Shown here in pieces: positions 45,964-56,772 of a stretch of DNA of 64,000 bases (positions are counted from its first letter, which is position 1; each line of letters starts with the position of its first letter). The stretch lies in the NCBI GenBank assembly GCA_965602015.1, contig OZ271918.1, forward strand, positions 3,648,001 through 3,712,000, read 5' to 3'. A model generated the notes under the pieces. It saw only the letters and a program-made list of their open reading frames with translations. It searched no databases and had not been told where the DNA came from. The DNA is from Salinispira sp. Lineage in GTDB: Bacteria > Spirochaetota > Spirochaetia > DSM-27196 > Salinispiraceae. The position numbers and the translations under genes are program-made.

Positions 45964-48300
45964 ATGGCCAGAAAGGTAATGAGCATCCGCACCCGTACAA
46001 TCGTTTTTTCCGTCCTGCTCCCCGTTGTTTTGGTTTTTCTGCTGGCCGCAGTGATATTTACCCTTCAATTTAACGAATCCCTCGAGTTGGAAAAGCAAGT
46101 ACTCCTCTGGGAAGCCCGTACAGTGGCCCGGGAAGTGCAGCTTGAAGTCGCTGAAAGCTTCGAACTGCTCCGCAATATTGCGGTCAATCCCCTGGCTGTG
46201 CGGGTAGTCGGGAGAATGGCGGAGGTTCCCAACGGTCTAGATAATGACGATTACCAGGTGCTGGAAGAGTTCGAGGAATTCCGGGAACTTATGAATCTTT
46301 CGGCAATCGGTACCAATGCCCAGCTTGTATTCGCCGCAAGCACCGGGTCAACCGGGGTCATCCTTGGCCGCGATGTACAGATCGGCGAAGGCTTCGATGT
46401 GCGCGGTCGGGATTATTTTACCGGCGCCCTGGAGCAGCAGGGCACGGCATTCATCAGCCAGCCGCGGGTTTCCGCCGAACAGTCTGCCACCCCCATTATT
46501 GTGGTGACTGCCGCCCGGGCTGTAATCGGCAGCGACTTTCGGGCCAACGGCCTCATCGCTCTGAACTATCAGTTCGATCCGATATTGGCTATTTTGCGGA
46601 ACTACATGGAGACTACTGCTCTGGAGCTCTCTCTATATGACACTGTGGGCAGGAATTTTCTCTGGTTCAGATCGCCGGACGGCGAAGTATTTTTCGACCC
46701 GGCCAACCCGGTTCCCCTGAGCCGGGTTGCCGAGGAGGCGGGCGTTGTAGAAAGCGATGTTCCCGCTTTTGTAAATAATCTGGTAGTGGAAAACGAGTTC
46801 TATTTTGATGGCGTTGATCAGCGGGGTGAAACCCTGGCCCAGACTGCCCGGGTTCCCGGGACCCGCTGGTCGATTATTGCGGCTTTGCCCCGTTCCCTAG
46901 TGGCCGGCCGGGTCATTGCTTCAGTGCTGCCGCCAATAGCTATTTTTGTCGCGGCGCTGTTGCTTATGCAATTTACGGTTTTTGTGATTTATACCCGCGG
47001 CATCGTCAAGCCCCTCACTATTATCGGCGGGAATCTCGAGGCGTTAGCCCAGGCTGATGCGGATTTGACGGTGCGGGTCGATGCGAAAAACGACGATGAA
47101 ATCGGCAAGGTTGCCATGTCGTTCAACGCGTTTATAGGAAAACTCAGGGGGCTGATGATTGAGGTGAAGGACGCCATCGAGAAGACCGATTCGGTGAAGC
47201 TCAGCGTGGCATCCTCCGCGGAAGAGACGTCCACTGCTATCGAGGAGATTTCCGCCAACCTGGATTCCATCGGCAGCCAGATTGATATTCTCGACCAGAA
47301 TATCAACGAGAACGTCTCCTCAATCGAACAGGTGACCCAGAACATCGCCTCGGTGGACGAGCAGATCATCAACCAGTCGGCCATGGTCGAGGAATCGACG
47401 GCCGCAATCACTGAAATGATCGCATCCCTGGGAAGCGTAAACAAAATCGCCCAGAATAAACGGGAAACAACCATGGCCTTGGGTGAGGTGGCGAGCGAGG
47501 GGCGGGAGCGCCTCGAGGAAACCGCAAACGCCTTCAAGACCGTTGTTTCATACATCAACCAAATTCAGGAAATGGCCCTTACCATCAGCAATATTGCTTC
47601 CCAGACCAATCTGCTTTCCATGAACGCCGCCATCGAAGCGGCCCATGCAGGGGATGCAGGGCGGGGCTTCGCCGTGGTGGCTGAAGAAATTCGCAAGCTG
47701 GCGGAAACCGCCGGCTCGTCGTCCCAGACCATCACTACGCTGATAAAGGATATCACCGACTCGGTACACCAGACCGATCAGAATGTCATGCAGACCTCCG
47801 AGGCCTTCGGGCGAATCACCAAGGAAGTGCAGGATACCATTAATGCATTTTCTGAGATCGAAAGTTCGGTTTCCGAACTTAACGTAGGGGGGCAGCAAAT
47901 CCTCGATTCGTCGAATCAGATCAACGAAGTGACGGTCAATATCCGCAACGGATCCGCTGAAATCAAGCAGGGAACCGAGAGCATGCTCCAGTCTTCGACC
48001 CGCATAAAGGAAGTCTCGGACAGGGTAACGACGGGCATGGCCGAGTCGACCACCGGAACCCGGGAAATCGTCCGTTCGATGCAGCTGCTGGTTCAGACTT
48101 CCGCCGAGCTTACCCAGATAGTCAATGACCTCAAGGACAGCTTCGGGCAGTTCAAGACCGACGACGGGGATGACGCAGAATCCGGCGGATTTTCCCGGCC
48201 GGCAGAGCGTTTGGCCGGGCAGGCAATAGACGAACTCCCATCGGCGGATTCGGTATCCGACGGGTCGGAGGATTCCGCCGGGGAAGACGTGCAGAGCTAG
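45964..48300 (+). CDS. Methyl-accepting chemotaxis protein (Cache-type sensor)
   Basis: Two TM helices, [38 protein letters not shown]. Confidence 0.96.
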   Translation: MARKVMSIRTRTIVFSVLLPVVLVFLLAAVIFTLQFNESLELEKQVLLWEARTVAREVQLEVAESFELLRNIAVNPLAVRVVGRMAEVPNGLDNDDYQVLEEFEEFRELMNLSAIGTNAQLVFAASTGSTGVILGRDVQIGEGFDVRGRDYFTGALEQQGTAFISQPRVSAEQSATPIIVVTAARAVIGSDFRANGLIALNYQFDPILAILRNYMETTALELSLYDTVGRNFLWFRSPDGEVFFDPANPVPLSRVAEEAGVVESDVPAFVNNLVVENEFYFDGVDQRGETLAQTARVPGTRWSIIAALPRSLVAGRVIASVLPPIAIFVAALLLMQFTVFVIYTRGIVKPLTIIGGNLEALAQADADLTVRVDAKNDDEIGKVAMSFNAFIGKLRGLMIEVKDAIEKTDSVKLSVASSAEETSTAIEEISANLDSIGSQIDILDQNINENVSSIEQVTQNIASVDEQIINQSAMVEESTAAITEMIASLGSVNKIAQNKRETTMALGEVASEGRERLEETANAFKTVVSYINQIQEMALTISNIASQTNLLSMNAAIEAAHAGDAGRGFAVVAEEIRKLAETAGSSSQTITTLIKDITDSVHQTDQNVMQTSEAFGRITKEVQDTINAFSEIESSVSELNVGGQQILDSSNQINEVTVNIRNGSAEIKQGTESMLQSSTRIKEVSDRVTTGMAESTTGTREIVRSMQLLVQTSAELTQIVNDLKDSFGQFKTDDGDDAESGGFSRPAERLAGQAIDELPSADSVSDGSEDSAGEDVQS

Positions 48301-48526
48301 TAAATCGTAACAATGCAATAGGATAGATGCTCGGACTTGCCCTTGCCAAAACCTTTTTGAATCTATAAGATGGGCCTCCAAGTCGCTGTTCCCCTGAATT
48401 GCGGCTTGATAACATCCTTCTAACCATCCAGCGTTATTCTGCATACATCCACTGCTTTTCCGTAATTTGAAGCGAGTGAGCGGAATGTGCGGTTAACAGT
48501 TCAGGACCAGAGAGGTATTTGTCAGA

Positions 48527-50614
48527 ATGAGTAATGATATCAAGAGCATGCGCAATATCGGAATCAGCGCGCACATCGACTCCGGTAAAACCACCCTTAC
48601 AGAGCGGATTCTCTTTTACTGCGACCGTATCCATGCCATCCACGAAGTGCGGGGCAAGGACGGAGTAGGAGCCACCATGGACTCCATGGAGCTTGAAAAG
48701 GAGCGGGGAATCACCATCGCCTCTGCGGCGACCCACGTGCAGTGGAAGGATACGCCGATTAATATAATCGATACCCCGGGTCACGTTGACTTCACCATCG
48801 AAGTTGAACGCTCGCTGCGGGTCCTCGACGGAGCCATTCTGGTTCTGTCCGGTGTGGAAGGGGTTCAGTCCCAGTCAATCACCGTAGACCGCCAGATGAA
48901 GCGCTACAACGTTCCTCGCATCGCGTTCATCAACAAACTCGACCGGACCGGTGCAAATCCCTATAAGGTAAAAGATCAGCTTATCGAAAAACTGAGCCAC
49001 AATGCGGTTCTCCTGCAGATCCCCATCGGTCTTGAAGATAAGCACGTGGGCGTGGTCGACCTCATCGAAATGAAGGCGATTTACTTCGAAGGTCCCTCGG
49101 GCAACGAATTGAAGTACACCGACATCCCAGAAGAGCTTCAGGCTGAAGCCGAATCCCGGCGGGAAGAGCTTATCGATGCCGCATCGCTTTTCGACGACGA
49201 GCTGGCTGAAGCCTTCCTGGAAGGAGAAGTCTCCAACGACATGATCCGCCGGGCGGTCCGCTCGGGAACTCTGAGCATGGACATGACTCCGGTGTTTATG
49301 GGTTCTGCTTACAAGAACAAAGGCGTCCAGCCCCTTCTCGATGCAGTTACTGCTTATCTTCCCAGCCCCCTTGATATCGAGAACAAAGCTCTGGACCTGG
49401 ACAACGACGAATCGGAAGTTGTCCTCGAGTCAGATCCGGAAAAGCCCACGGTAGCCCTGGCATTCAAACTCGAAGACGGCCAGTACGGCCAGCTCACCTA
49501 TATCCGGGTGTATCAGGGAAGCGTGCGCAAGGGCTCCGAACTCTTTAACATCAGAAACAAGAAAAAATTCAAAGTCGGCCGCCTTATCAAGATGCACTCC
49601 AATCATATGGAAGACATCGAAGAAGCCAGCTCCGGGGAAATTGCGGCGCTGTTTGGCGTTGACTGCGCATCGGGAGACACCTTCTGCCAGACTGGTATGA
49701 ACTTTTCCATGACCTCAATGTTCGTTCCGGAACCGGTAATTTCCCTGGCTGTGGAGCCCGTCGATAAAAAGGCCGCAGACAATATGGCCAAGGCTCTCAA
49801 CCGCTTCACCAAGGAAGACCCCACCTTCCGAACCTTCGTCGATCCCGAGTCAAACCAGACCATCATTCAGGGTATGGGCGAACTTCACCTCGAGGTATAC
49901 ATCGAGCGAATGAAGAGGGAGTACAAGGCAGAGGTCACTACCGGCATGCCGCAGGTTGCCTATCGAGAGGCGATTTCAGCGGCAGCGGACTTTAATTACA
50001 CCCACAAGAAGCAGACCGGTGGATCAGGTCAGTTCGGCCGTGTCGCCGGAACCATCGAACCCCTTGAAGAAGGGGATTTCGAGTTTGACAACAAAATCAA
50101 GGGTGGCGTTATTCCCAATGAATACATCCCCTCCTGTGAAAAGGGCTTCAAGAAGGGTCTCGAGAAGGGAACCCAGCTTGGATTCCCCATCGTGGGGGTA
50201 AAGGTCACCATCAACGACGGCTCCACCCACCCGGTCGACTCGTCGGACAACGCCTTCCAGGCTGCGGCCCTCGGAGCATTCCGGGAAACCTTTCCCAAAC
50301 TCAAGCCCATCATCCTGGAACCGATCATGAAAGTCGTGGTCGAAGGCCCCACTGAATTCCAGGGTAATATTTTCGGAACTATCAACCAGCGCCGGGGCGT
50401 AATTGTCGCCTCAAACGAAGACGGCGCATTCACCAGCGTGGAGGCCGAAGTGCCTCTGAGCGAAATGTTCGGTTATTCGACGGTCCTCCGCTCCTCTACC
50501 CAGGGCAAGGCGGAATTTTCCATGGAATTCCTCAAGTACGGCCGGGTGCCCCAGGGCGTGGCCGAAGAATTGAAGAAAGCCTACGAAGAAAAGAAGAAAG
50601 CCGAACAGAAGTAA
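48527..50614 (+). CDS. fusA: Elongation factor G (stand-alone copy)
   Basis: [34 protein letters not shown] and [10 protein letters not shown] motifs. Confidence 0.98.
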   Translation: MSNDIKSMRNIGISAHIDSGKTTLTERILFYCDRIHAIHEVRGKDGVGATMDSMELEKERGITIASAATHVQWKDTPINIIDTPGHVDFTIEVERSLRVLDGAILVLSGVEGVQSQSITVDRQMKRYNVPRIAFINKLDRTGANPYKVKDQLIEKLSHNAVLLQIPIGLEDKHVGVVDLIEMKAIYFEGPSGNELKYTDIPEELQAEAESRREELIDAASLFDDELAEAFLEGEVSNDMIRRAVRSGTLSMDMTPVFMGSAYKNKGVQPLLDAVTAYLPSPLDIENKALDLDNDESEVVLESDPEKPTVALAFKLEDGQYGQLTYIRVYQGSVRKGSELFNIRNKKKFKVGRLIKMHSNHMEDIEEASSGEIAALFGVDCASGDTFCQTGMNFSMTSMFVPEPVISLAVEPVDKKAADNMAKALNRFTKEDPTFRTFVDPESNQTIIQGMGELHLEVYIERMKREYKAEVTTGMPQVAYREAISAAADFNYTHKKQTGGSGQFGRVAGTIEPLEEGDFEFDNKIKGGVIPNEYIPSCEKGFKKGLEKGTQLGFPIVGVKVTINDGSTHPVDSSDNAFQAAALGAFRETFPKLKPIILEPIMKVVVEGPTEFQGNIFGTINQRRGVIVASNEDGAFTSVEAEVPLSEMFGYSTVLRSSTQGKAEFSMEFLKYGRVPQGVAEELKKAYEEKKKAEQK

Positions 50615-50741
50615 TTCAATTTGTGGTACACTTGAAGTGTATCGACTGAACCGCAGCGCCGGGGACGGCGCTGCGCTTTCCGCCCCGGCCCCGGCACATC
50701 CACGGGTATCCCGGGCGTGATAAACACAGGGAGCTGAACCA

Positions 50742-51437
50742 ATGGTGAAAACAGAGTTGATAAAGCGGAGTCCTCTCCGGATTTTGGAGAAATCCATCCA
50801 CGGCGGCGTCGGAGAGGGGAATATCGGCATCATAGCCTCGGATCGGGGCGTGGGAAAAACCGCCTGCCTGGTGCACATTGCCACCGACAAGTTGTTTCAG
50901 GACAAGCACGTCATCCACCTGTCCTTTTCTGCAAAGACCGACCATATAATCGACTGGTACGAAATTATTTTTAGTGAAATCGCCGAGAAGCGCGAACTCG
51001 AAGGCGTTCAGGAAGTCCATGACAGTCTGATCAAAAACCGGGTAATCATGAACTTCAGCCAGCACGGGGTAAACGCCGATCAGGTAATCAGAAGTCTCAA
51101 AGCGCTTATCGCCGACGGTCACTTCGATGCTCAGGTAATTGTGGTTGACGGGTATAACTTTGAAGAAGGCGACCCGTCCACCCTCGTCGCTCTTCGGGCT
51201 TTTGCAAAAGAGCACAAGATTTCAATCTGGGCCACCGCTGATATCGATAACAATGTGGACGAGCGCGGAATCCCCGCGGTCTTGAAGCCCTACATGGATG
51301 AGGTGAACGTCCTCATCGATCTTCAGGCCAAGGAAGATCATATCGAACTGAATTTGGTGAAAGATCACGACCGCTATGTCGATGAAGATCTCCACCTGAA
51401 ACTTGAGCCCAAGACCCTGCTTATCGTCGAAGAATAA
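50742..51437 (+). CDS. RecA/KaiC-superfamily P-loop ATPase-like protein
   Basis: Walker A-like ASDRGVGKT and Walker B-like VIVVDG. Confidence 0.7.
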   Translation: MVKTELIKRSPLRILEKSIHGGVGEGNIGIIASDRGVGKTACLVHIATDKLFQDKHVIHLSFSAKTDHIIDWYEIIFSEIAEKRELEGVQEVHDSLIKNRVIMNFSQHGVNADQVIRSLKALIADGHFDAQVIVVDGYNFEEGDPSTLVALRAFAKEHKISIWATADIDNNVDERGIPAVLKPYMDEVNVLIDLQAKEDHIELNLVKDHDRYVDEDLHLKLEPKTLLIVEE

Positions 51438-51461
51438 GCGCAAAAATAGCGAATTGCACAT

Positions 51462-51492
51462 AAGGCTGTCTCGATGTGAGACAGCCTTTTTT
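51462..51492 (+). terminator. Rho-independent terminator
   Basis: aaggctgtctc/gagacagcctt stem plus T-run. Confidence 0.85.
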
Positions 51493-51504
51493 ATATCCTC
51501 AGGT

Positions 51505-52182
51505 TTACCCGGCAGTGCTTTCAAAATACAGGCCCTTGAGGAATACCTCCAACATGGCTTCGTACGCGGGAGCAAACTCCAGGGCAAAATGCCGCAGACG
51601 GGGGTCTTCCAAAACCTTGTTGTGGACAGCGCTGCGGCTCGCCATGGGGATGAGACCGGTGACCAGGGCAAGCTGCAGGGTGGGAAAATCCCCAAGGCGG
51701 GATTCCGGGTACCAGGAAAGCCGGTTTTTTACCACTGCGGCGATTCTATTGCTAAGTTCAGCCAGGTTGAGTTTAAACGATCGCAGCAATTCCTCGCCGG
51801 CATTGTCGTCGAGGGAAAAGGACATCAGCGGAAGCAGTCTGGGCAGCCGGGGCTGAGCGCTAAAAATCCCAACCCACCAGCGGGAGAAGTTCCGAACATC
51901 TTCCTCGGGCTCGCCGTTCGTTTCTGAAGACGATGGGTGCCCATGGGTCTCAAGAGCGCTCACCCATTCTTCCAGGTCCCCTTCGAGCAGGGCGAGGAAG
52001 ATTTCCTCCTTGCTGCGGTAATAGCGGTAGAGGTTCGGCCGTGTGAACCCGGCTTTTTGGGCTATGTGCCCCATGCCGATGCTGTGATACTCCTCGCTGA
52101 GAAAGAGCTCCCCTGCGGCTTCCTGAATTGCCCGGATTCGCTCTGCTTTCTGATCGTCGCTCCGCGCCCGCTCCCAACTCAT
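51505..52182 (-). CDS. TetR/AcrR family transcriptional regulator
   Basis: IAQKAGFTRPNLYRYYRSKEEIF HTH. Confidence 0.92.
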   Translation of the reverse strand: MSWERARSDDQKAERIRAIQEAAGELFLSEEYHSIGMGHIAQKAGFTRPNLYRYYRSKEEIFLALLEGDLEEWVSALETHGHPSSSETNGEPEEDVRNFSRWWVGIFSAQPRLPRLLPLMSFSLDDNAGEELLRSFKLNLAELSNRIAAVVKNRLSWYPESRLGDFPTLQLALVTGLIPMASRSAVHNKVLEDPRLRHFALEFAPAYEAMLEVFLKGLYFESTAG

Positions 52183-53018
52183 ATACCGTATGCTCCTCTC
52201 ACGATTGCGTCGAAGACCCTGTCAGATACCAGCCAGCGAAGGGCAAGCAGTAATCGGGCATTTCTCCCCGGGGCATAGCGGGTTTTCGGCCGGCGGCTCA
52301 GGGCGGCCAGGGCGATGGAGCGGGCAACCACCTCAGGAGCCGACGGTCTTCCCTTGGTATAGGCGTTGCGCATCGTCCGTACGGTAGCGGCGGTGTACCT
52401 CTCATAGGGGCCCTTACCTGATGTTTTTGCAGCGGAATCCGCGGCAATACCCTCCCACTCACTTTTAATCGCACCGGGCTGAATGACCGAGACATGGATG
52501 CCGAACTGTCGCGTTTCAAGGCGTAGGCAGTCCGAAAATCCTTCCACCGCATGTTTTGTGGCATGATACCAGGCACCCAGCGGCGTGTAAATTCTTCCGC
52601 CCATGCTGCTGACGTTGATAATCCTGCCGTAGCCCGTTCTTCTCATGTGCGGCAACACGAGCTGGGTTAATCGGGCGAGGCCGAAGACGTTCACATCGAA
52701 CTGCCTGCGGGCCTCCTGCGGTTGCACTTCTTCTACGGCTCCGTATGCCCCGTACCCCGCATTGTTCACCAAAATATGAAGCGATCCGGCTTCCTCGAGA
52801 ATCTGCGAAATTGCTTGCTCCATGGATTCGTTGACGGTCACATCGAGCTTGAGAAGCCTTGCGCCTTTGGATTCAATATCCGCCATTTTTTCTATTCGCC
52901 GGGCGCCCGCATATACGGTAACGCCCTTTGATAGAAGTTCCCGTACTGCGGCCTTACCGATCCCCGACGAGGCTCCGGTTACCAGGGCAACGAGTTGCTC
53001 AGGTTTTCTTTCTGACAT
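52179..53018 (-). CDS. Short-chain dehydrogenase/reductase
   Basis: TGASSGIG, NNAG and YHATK (YxxxK) motifs. Confidence 0.95.
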   Translation of the reverse strand: MSERKPEQLVALVTGASSGIGKAAVRELLSKGVTVYAGARRIEKMADIESKGARLLKLDVTVNESMEQAISQILEEAGSLHILVNNAGYGAYGAVEEVQPQEARRQFDVNVFGLARLTQLVLPHMRRTGYGRIINVSSMGGRIYTPLGAWYHATKHAVEGFSDCLRLETRQFGIHVSVIQPGAIKSEWEGIAADSAAKTSGKGPYERYTAATVRTMRNAYTKGRPSAPEVVARSIALAALSRRPKTRYAPGRNARLLLALRWLVSDRVFDAIVRGAYGI

Positions 53019-53048
53019 GATTTGCTCCTTAAGTTACGTGCTGTCACT

Positions 53049-53077
53049 AAAATAAGTTACAATATGTAACTTGTCAA
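53049..53077 (-). promoter_or_regulatory. Sigma70 promoter containing a palindromic operator (probable TetR site)
   Basis: TTGACA-N17-TATTTT, with aagttaca-ata-tgtaactt (53054-53072) in the spacer. Confidence 0.7.
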
Positions 53078-53094
53078 GGGTATTCATCCGGATA

Positions 53095-53130
53095 TAAAAA
53101 AAGCTGTCAGGGATTGCTCCCGGACAGCCT
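53095..53130 (-). terminator. Rho-independent terminator after carD
   Basis: gctgtc-ggga/tccc-gacagc stem followed by a T-run on the minus strand. Confidence 0.65.
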
Positions 53131-53151
53131 TATTTACGGTTTGAAGATGTA

Positions 53152-53742
53152 TCAACCGTCGGTGTTGACTTCCATATCGTCTTCATCCATCCCGGCATCG
53201 AAATCATCCTCTTCTTCCTTCGCCGGCTTTTCTTCTTCTTCCTCAACCTCTGTTTCCGCTTCGAGGCGTTCGAAGATCATTTCTTCAATCGCTTCCTTGC
53301 CTTTGCCGAGGGAGATGCTGAGTTCATCGACAAGCAGTTTAATCGCCGAATCATAGAGTTTTCGCTCGAGTATGGGAAGTTCCTTGATTTTGCTGCGGTG
53401 ATACAGGGTCTGAACCACCTGGGCGATATCGGTGACGCTGCCTTTTAACAGCAATTGGCGGTTCATTTCATAGCGCATTTTCCAATCAGCAGGAGCCACC
53501 TCGTATTCGCCTTCGATAAGCTTTAGCGCTTCATTCGCCTGTTTTTTGGGCACAATCGGACGTATGCCCCGTTCATCGGCCTTGTCGACGGGAATCATAA
53601 TGGTCATATCGCTGGCTTCAATGTAGATAATGTAATACTGGGTCGGCTCGCCGTTGAACATCCGTTCGGTGATTTCCGTAACCTCGCCGACTCCATGAGT
53701 CGGGTAAACCACTTTTTGAGAAACCTTATAGGTTGTGGACAT
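53152..53742 (-). CDS. carD: CarD-family transcriptional regulator with acidic tail
   Basis: VVYPTHGVG, MIPV, GIRPI and DWKMRY motifs. Confidence 0.9.
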   Translation of the reverse strand: MSTTYKVSQKVVYPTHGVGEVTEITERMFNGEPTQYYIIYIEASDMTIMIPVDKADERGIRPIVPKKQANEALKLIEGEYEVAPADWKMRYEMNRQLLLKGSVTDIAQVVQTLYHRSKIKELPILERKLYDSAIKLLVDELSISLGKGKEAIEEMIFERLEAETEVEEEEEKPAKEEEDDFDAGMDEDDMEVNTDG

Positions 53743-53786
53743 GCTTATAAAACTCCTGGGGTTCTGATAATTATTTGGAATTCCTT

Positions 53787-53815
53787 ATTGTACATAAATT
53801 TAGCCTGAAGGTCAA
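53787..53815 (-). promoter_or_regulatory. Sigma70-type promoter of carD
   Basis: TTGACC-N17-TACAAT on the minus strand. Confidence 0.6.
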
Positions 53816-53848
53816 AGGACCGGCCCTCCCAAACCCGCAGGAAAGGAT

Positions 53849-55456
53849 CTATTGCAAGACCGCCACATTTGAAGGAGCCGTCAATGTGCGCCGGAAAAGA
53901 TATTTGAACGGATGGATATCAAGGGGGTTCGGATGCCAGCCGCCGACCGCCTCCAGGTCTATCACGTTCCAGGCCGGGCTATGGCTCACGGGGATCAGGG
54001 CGGCAGACTGCAGCAAATACTCTTCTGCTTCGGCCAGGAGCTGAAAGCGCTCGGTGCCCGCCGTGAGGTAGGATTGGTCGATGAGTTCATCGAACCGGCT
54101 GTCCGAGAAGCCCGCATTGTTCACATTGCTGCCGGTGGTCCACATCTGCAGGAAACTGAGCGGGTCGGCATAATCGGCGATCCAGGAAATGGTACCGATG
54201 GTAAAATCACCCCGGCGCATTCTGTCCTGATGGGCGTTGTATTCCAGGAACTCGGTTTCCACCCGGAGATCCAACTCGCGGGACCAGGCATTGCTCATCA
54301 GGTCGGCAATCCTCCGGGATTCGTCGCTGTCGGTGAGCACTATACGCACCACCGGAAGACCGACGCCGTTCTCATACCCCGCATCCCGCAGCAGGGCGAA
54401 GGCCTCCTCCCGGTTGCCCTCGGAAATTCCCTGAACGTCTGGGTACCCGGGAATTTGGGGGATAAGGTTCGCCGTAGGCACAAAGTAGGTATCTTCGCTG
54501 CGGATTTCACTCAACGGCAGTAACAGGGTCAGGGCCCTGCGGATGCGCTGATCGTCAAAGGGGGTCTGCTCTGCGGAAAAAAGGTAATAGCTGGTGGCGA
54601 ACTGCGGGGTAATTTGCAGGCTGTTGGGGATACGCAGTTCCGACAGTAAAAAGCCGCTGTACAGCCATTGAATGTCCCCGGCATTGAACCGGGCGGTGGC
54701 TGCCCGATTATCGTCATTGAACTCAATGATTATTCTGTCATACCGGGAGTTTTCCCTGTCCCAGTAATGAGGATTCCGCTCCATGACGATGCGGTCGTTT
54801 CGCTTCTCGGAAATCCGGTACGGGCCGTTGCCCATTGGCTGCTCAAGGGAGTTCCAGTTTCGTGTTTCGAGCTGATCCGGATGGATGGCAACAAGGCTCT
54901 GATGAGCGAGGATTGAAAGAAAATGGGCGGCGGGGTTGTACAGCTCGACCTCCAGAATTCCGTCCTCCGGGGCATTAATGCCCACGCTTGCCGGATCGGA
55001 AGTTTCACCTCTCCGGAAGGCTTCGGCCCCCCGAATCGGATCCAGAAGGAACCCGAATGGGGCGTCGTCTCCCAGGGAGAGCATTTTGAGCCATGCCTCT
55101 CTGATATCTGCAGATTTTACCGGCTGGCCGTTCCAGTAGCGAGCATCGGAGTTCAGAAAAAAGCGGTACAGCCTGCCTTCTTCCAATACCTCCCAGCGCT
55201 GGGCCACCGCCGGGAGAGGCCGCAGGTTTACCGGGTCATAACTGACCAGTCCCTCATAAATGGCTGTATACACCTGGGCCTCAAGAGATGAAATAGTATA
55301 CAGGGGATTGAGTTCCAGCCTGGACGGCCGCATGCTCATGATAAAATCCAGGGGAGGATCCGCTGGCGAACTCTGTGCGCTCAGCGGTAATACGATGAAA
55401 ATTGATAATATCAGGCCGATCATAAGACCGGCGGGAACAAATGACCGTAATTTCAA
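53849..55456 (-). CDS. Peptide ABC transporter substrate-binding protein (OppA-like)
   Basis: IYEGLV, PAVAQRW, GNGPY, RNPHYWD, RIRRAL and WIADYADP motifs, N-terminal signal. Confidence 0.92.
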   Translation of the reverse strand: MKLRSFVPAGLMIGLILSIFIVLPLSAQSSPADPPLDFIMSMRPSRLELNPLYTISSLEAQVYTAIYEGLVSYDPVNLRPLPAVAQRWEVLEEGRLYRFFLNSDARYWNGQPVKSADIREAWLKMLSLGDDAPFGFLLDPIRGAEAFRRGETSDPASVGINAPEDGILEVELYNPAAHFLSILAHQSLVAIHPDQLETRNWNSLEQPMGNGPYRISEKRNDRIVMERNPHYWDRENSRYDRIIIEFNDDNRAATARFNAGDIQWLYSGFLLSELRIPNSLQITPQFATSYYLFSAEQTPFDDQRIRRALTLLLPLSEIRSEDTYFVPTANLIPQIPGYPDVQGISEGNREEAFALLRDAGYENGVGLPVVRIVLTDSDESRRIADLMSNAWSRELDLRVETEFLEYNAHQDRMRRGDFTIGTISWIADYADPLSFLQMWTTGSNVNNAGFSDSRFDELIDQSYLTAGTERFQLLAEAEEYLLQSAALIPVSHSPAWNVIDLEAVGGWHPNPLDIHPFKYLFRRTLTAPSNVAVLQ

Positions 55457-55474
55457 AATAACTCCGCGTGTGGT

Positions 55475-55828
55475 TCAGGTTTTGAGATACCGTATTATTG
55501 TATCAATATATTCTTTGCCACGCAGGGGTTTAATAAAAACTTCGGAGAAGCCTGCGGCTTTTAGCATGGAAACTTCCGTATCGTCGCTGGTAATGGCGAT
55601 AAGCGGTATGTCGGGCTTGGTTTCCCTGATTTTTCTGGCGAGCTCATCACCGTTCATCCCGGGCATGTATTGATCGAGAATTATCAGCCGATAGTCATTT
55701 TTCGAGATCATTTCCCAGGCCTCGGTACCGTCAGCCGCAAGATCGCAGTGTATGTTTGCCTTGCCCAGGTGGATTTCTATGAGTCGGCGGTTGGTAAATT
55801 CATCTTCTGCGTATAAAATTTCGGCCAT
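55475..55828 (-). CDS. Single-domain response regulator
   Basis: AEDE, ILDQYMPGMNG and IKP motifs. Confidence 0.92.
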   Translation of the reverse strand: MAEILYAEDEFTNRRLIEIHLGKANIHCDLAADGTEAWEMISKNDYRLIILDQYMPGMNGDELARKIRETKPDIPLIAITSDDTEVSMLKAAGFSEVFIKPLRGKEYIDTIIRYLKT

Positions 55829-55831
55829 ATC

Positions 55832-56623
55832 CTAATCCTGTTCCGTTGCGAGATACTCCCGCAGACTGTTTTTTACTTCGGCCATTTCGCGTTCTATCGC
55901 TGAATAGAGCTTCTTCGCATCTTCAGTATGATTGATTTTTAATTGCAATTCCAGCCGCCGGGCCATATGAGCCAAGCGGTGGGCCGAAACGTTCAGCGCG
56001 CTCCCTTTCAGGCTGTGAATAAGCCGATGACATTCGGTTATTTCTCCTTGATCGAATTTGGCTCTCCAATCATCAAGACGATGATCCGCCTGCTCGAGAA
56101 ACAGTTCCACCAGGGTTATCCGCATTTCCCGGTCCGGTATCTTCGCCTCAAGCTCATCCTGCTGAACCGGGGGAGCCTGCTCGTGGACCTCCACATCGGT
56201 TACGGGGATATCCATATGGAGATTGAGCATTTCCGATGTAAGTTCATGGGAAAAACCGATCTGATGCAGATACTGATCATTCAGGGTCTCCAGTGCGGCC
56301 TCCACGGCAGCGTCATCCCTTTTCTCATCAACCTGGTCAAACCGGCATGTGCGGTCACGGATAGCCGAAACGTGATAGATCAGGCGGCCAAATACCTTAT
56401 CTTCTTCCGGCAGGCGGTAATCGATCATAACCATCATCTTCGCCATTCCCAGAGAGAACAGTTGCTCTAATACCTGCTCGGTTTGCTGCGGGAGCTCGCT
56501 GAAAACCGGCAGAACGCTGATTGCCTGTTTCGAGAAATCCCAGTTGATGGCGGAGGGCCCGCAGATCGCCCGGGATTTTAAGCGTTTTTGAGCGTCGAGC
56601 AATATGTTTTCCGCGGGAAACAT
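55832..56623 (-). CDS. Hpt domain-containing protein
   Basis: C-terminal RLIHSLKGSALNV Hpt motif. N-terminal domain not recognised. Confidence 0.82.
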   Translation of the reverse strand: MFPAENILLDAQKRLKSRAICGPSAINWDFSKQAISVLPVFSELPQQTEQVLEQLFSLGMAKMMVMIDYRLPEEDKVFGRLIYHVSAIRDRTCRFDQVDEKRDDAAVEAALETLNDQYLHQIGFSHELTSEMLNLHMDIPVTDVEVHEQAPPVQQDELEAKIPDREMRITLVELFLEQADHRLDDWRAKFDQGEITECHRLIHSLKGSALNVSAHRLAHMARRLELQLKINHTEDAKKLYSAIEREMAEVKNSLREYLATEQD

Positions 56624-56772
56624 AAGCCTCCCATAATCAATGGTTTTGGCGTGCTCTTCTACTATAGTCCATGGGCAGGCTCCTGTGGGTTTTTACCGAT
56701 GAACATTAAGTGGACGGGGAAAAGCGCCGAAAAACAAAGGAGATATCCAGCTTTTTCTGAAGCACGGGGGAA

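Noticed and set aside
50653..50676. GC hairpin after fusA as REP element or terminator
   Set aside because: Single copy in the window with only a short T-run. Function cannot be supported.
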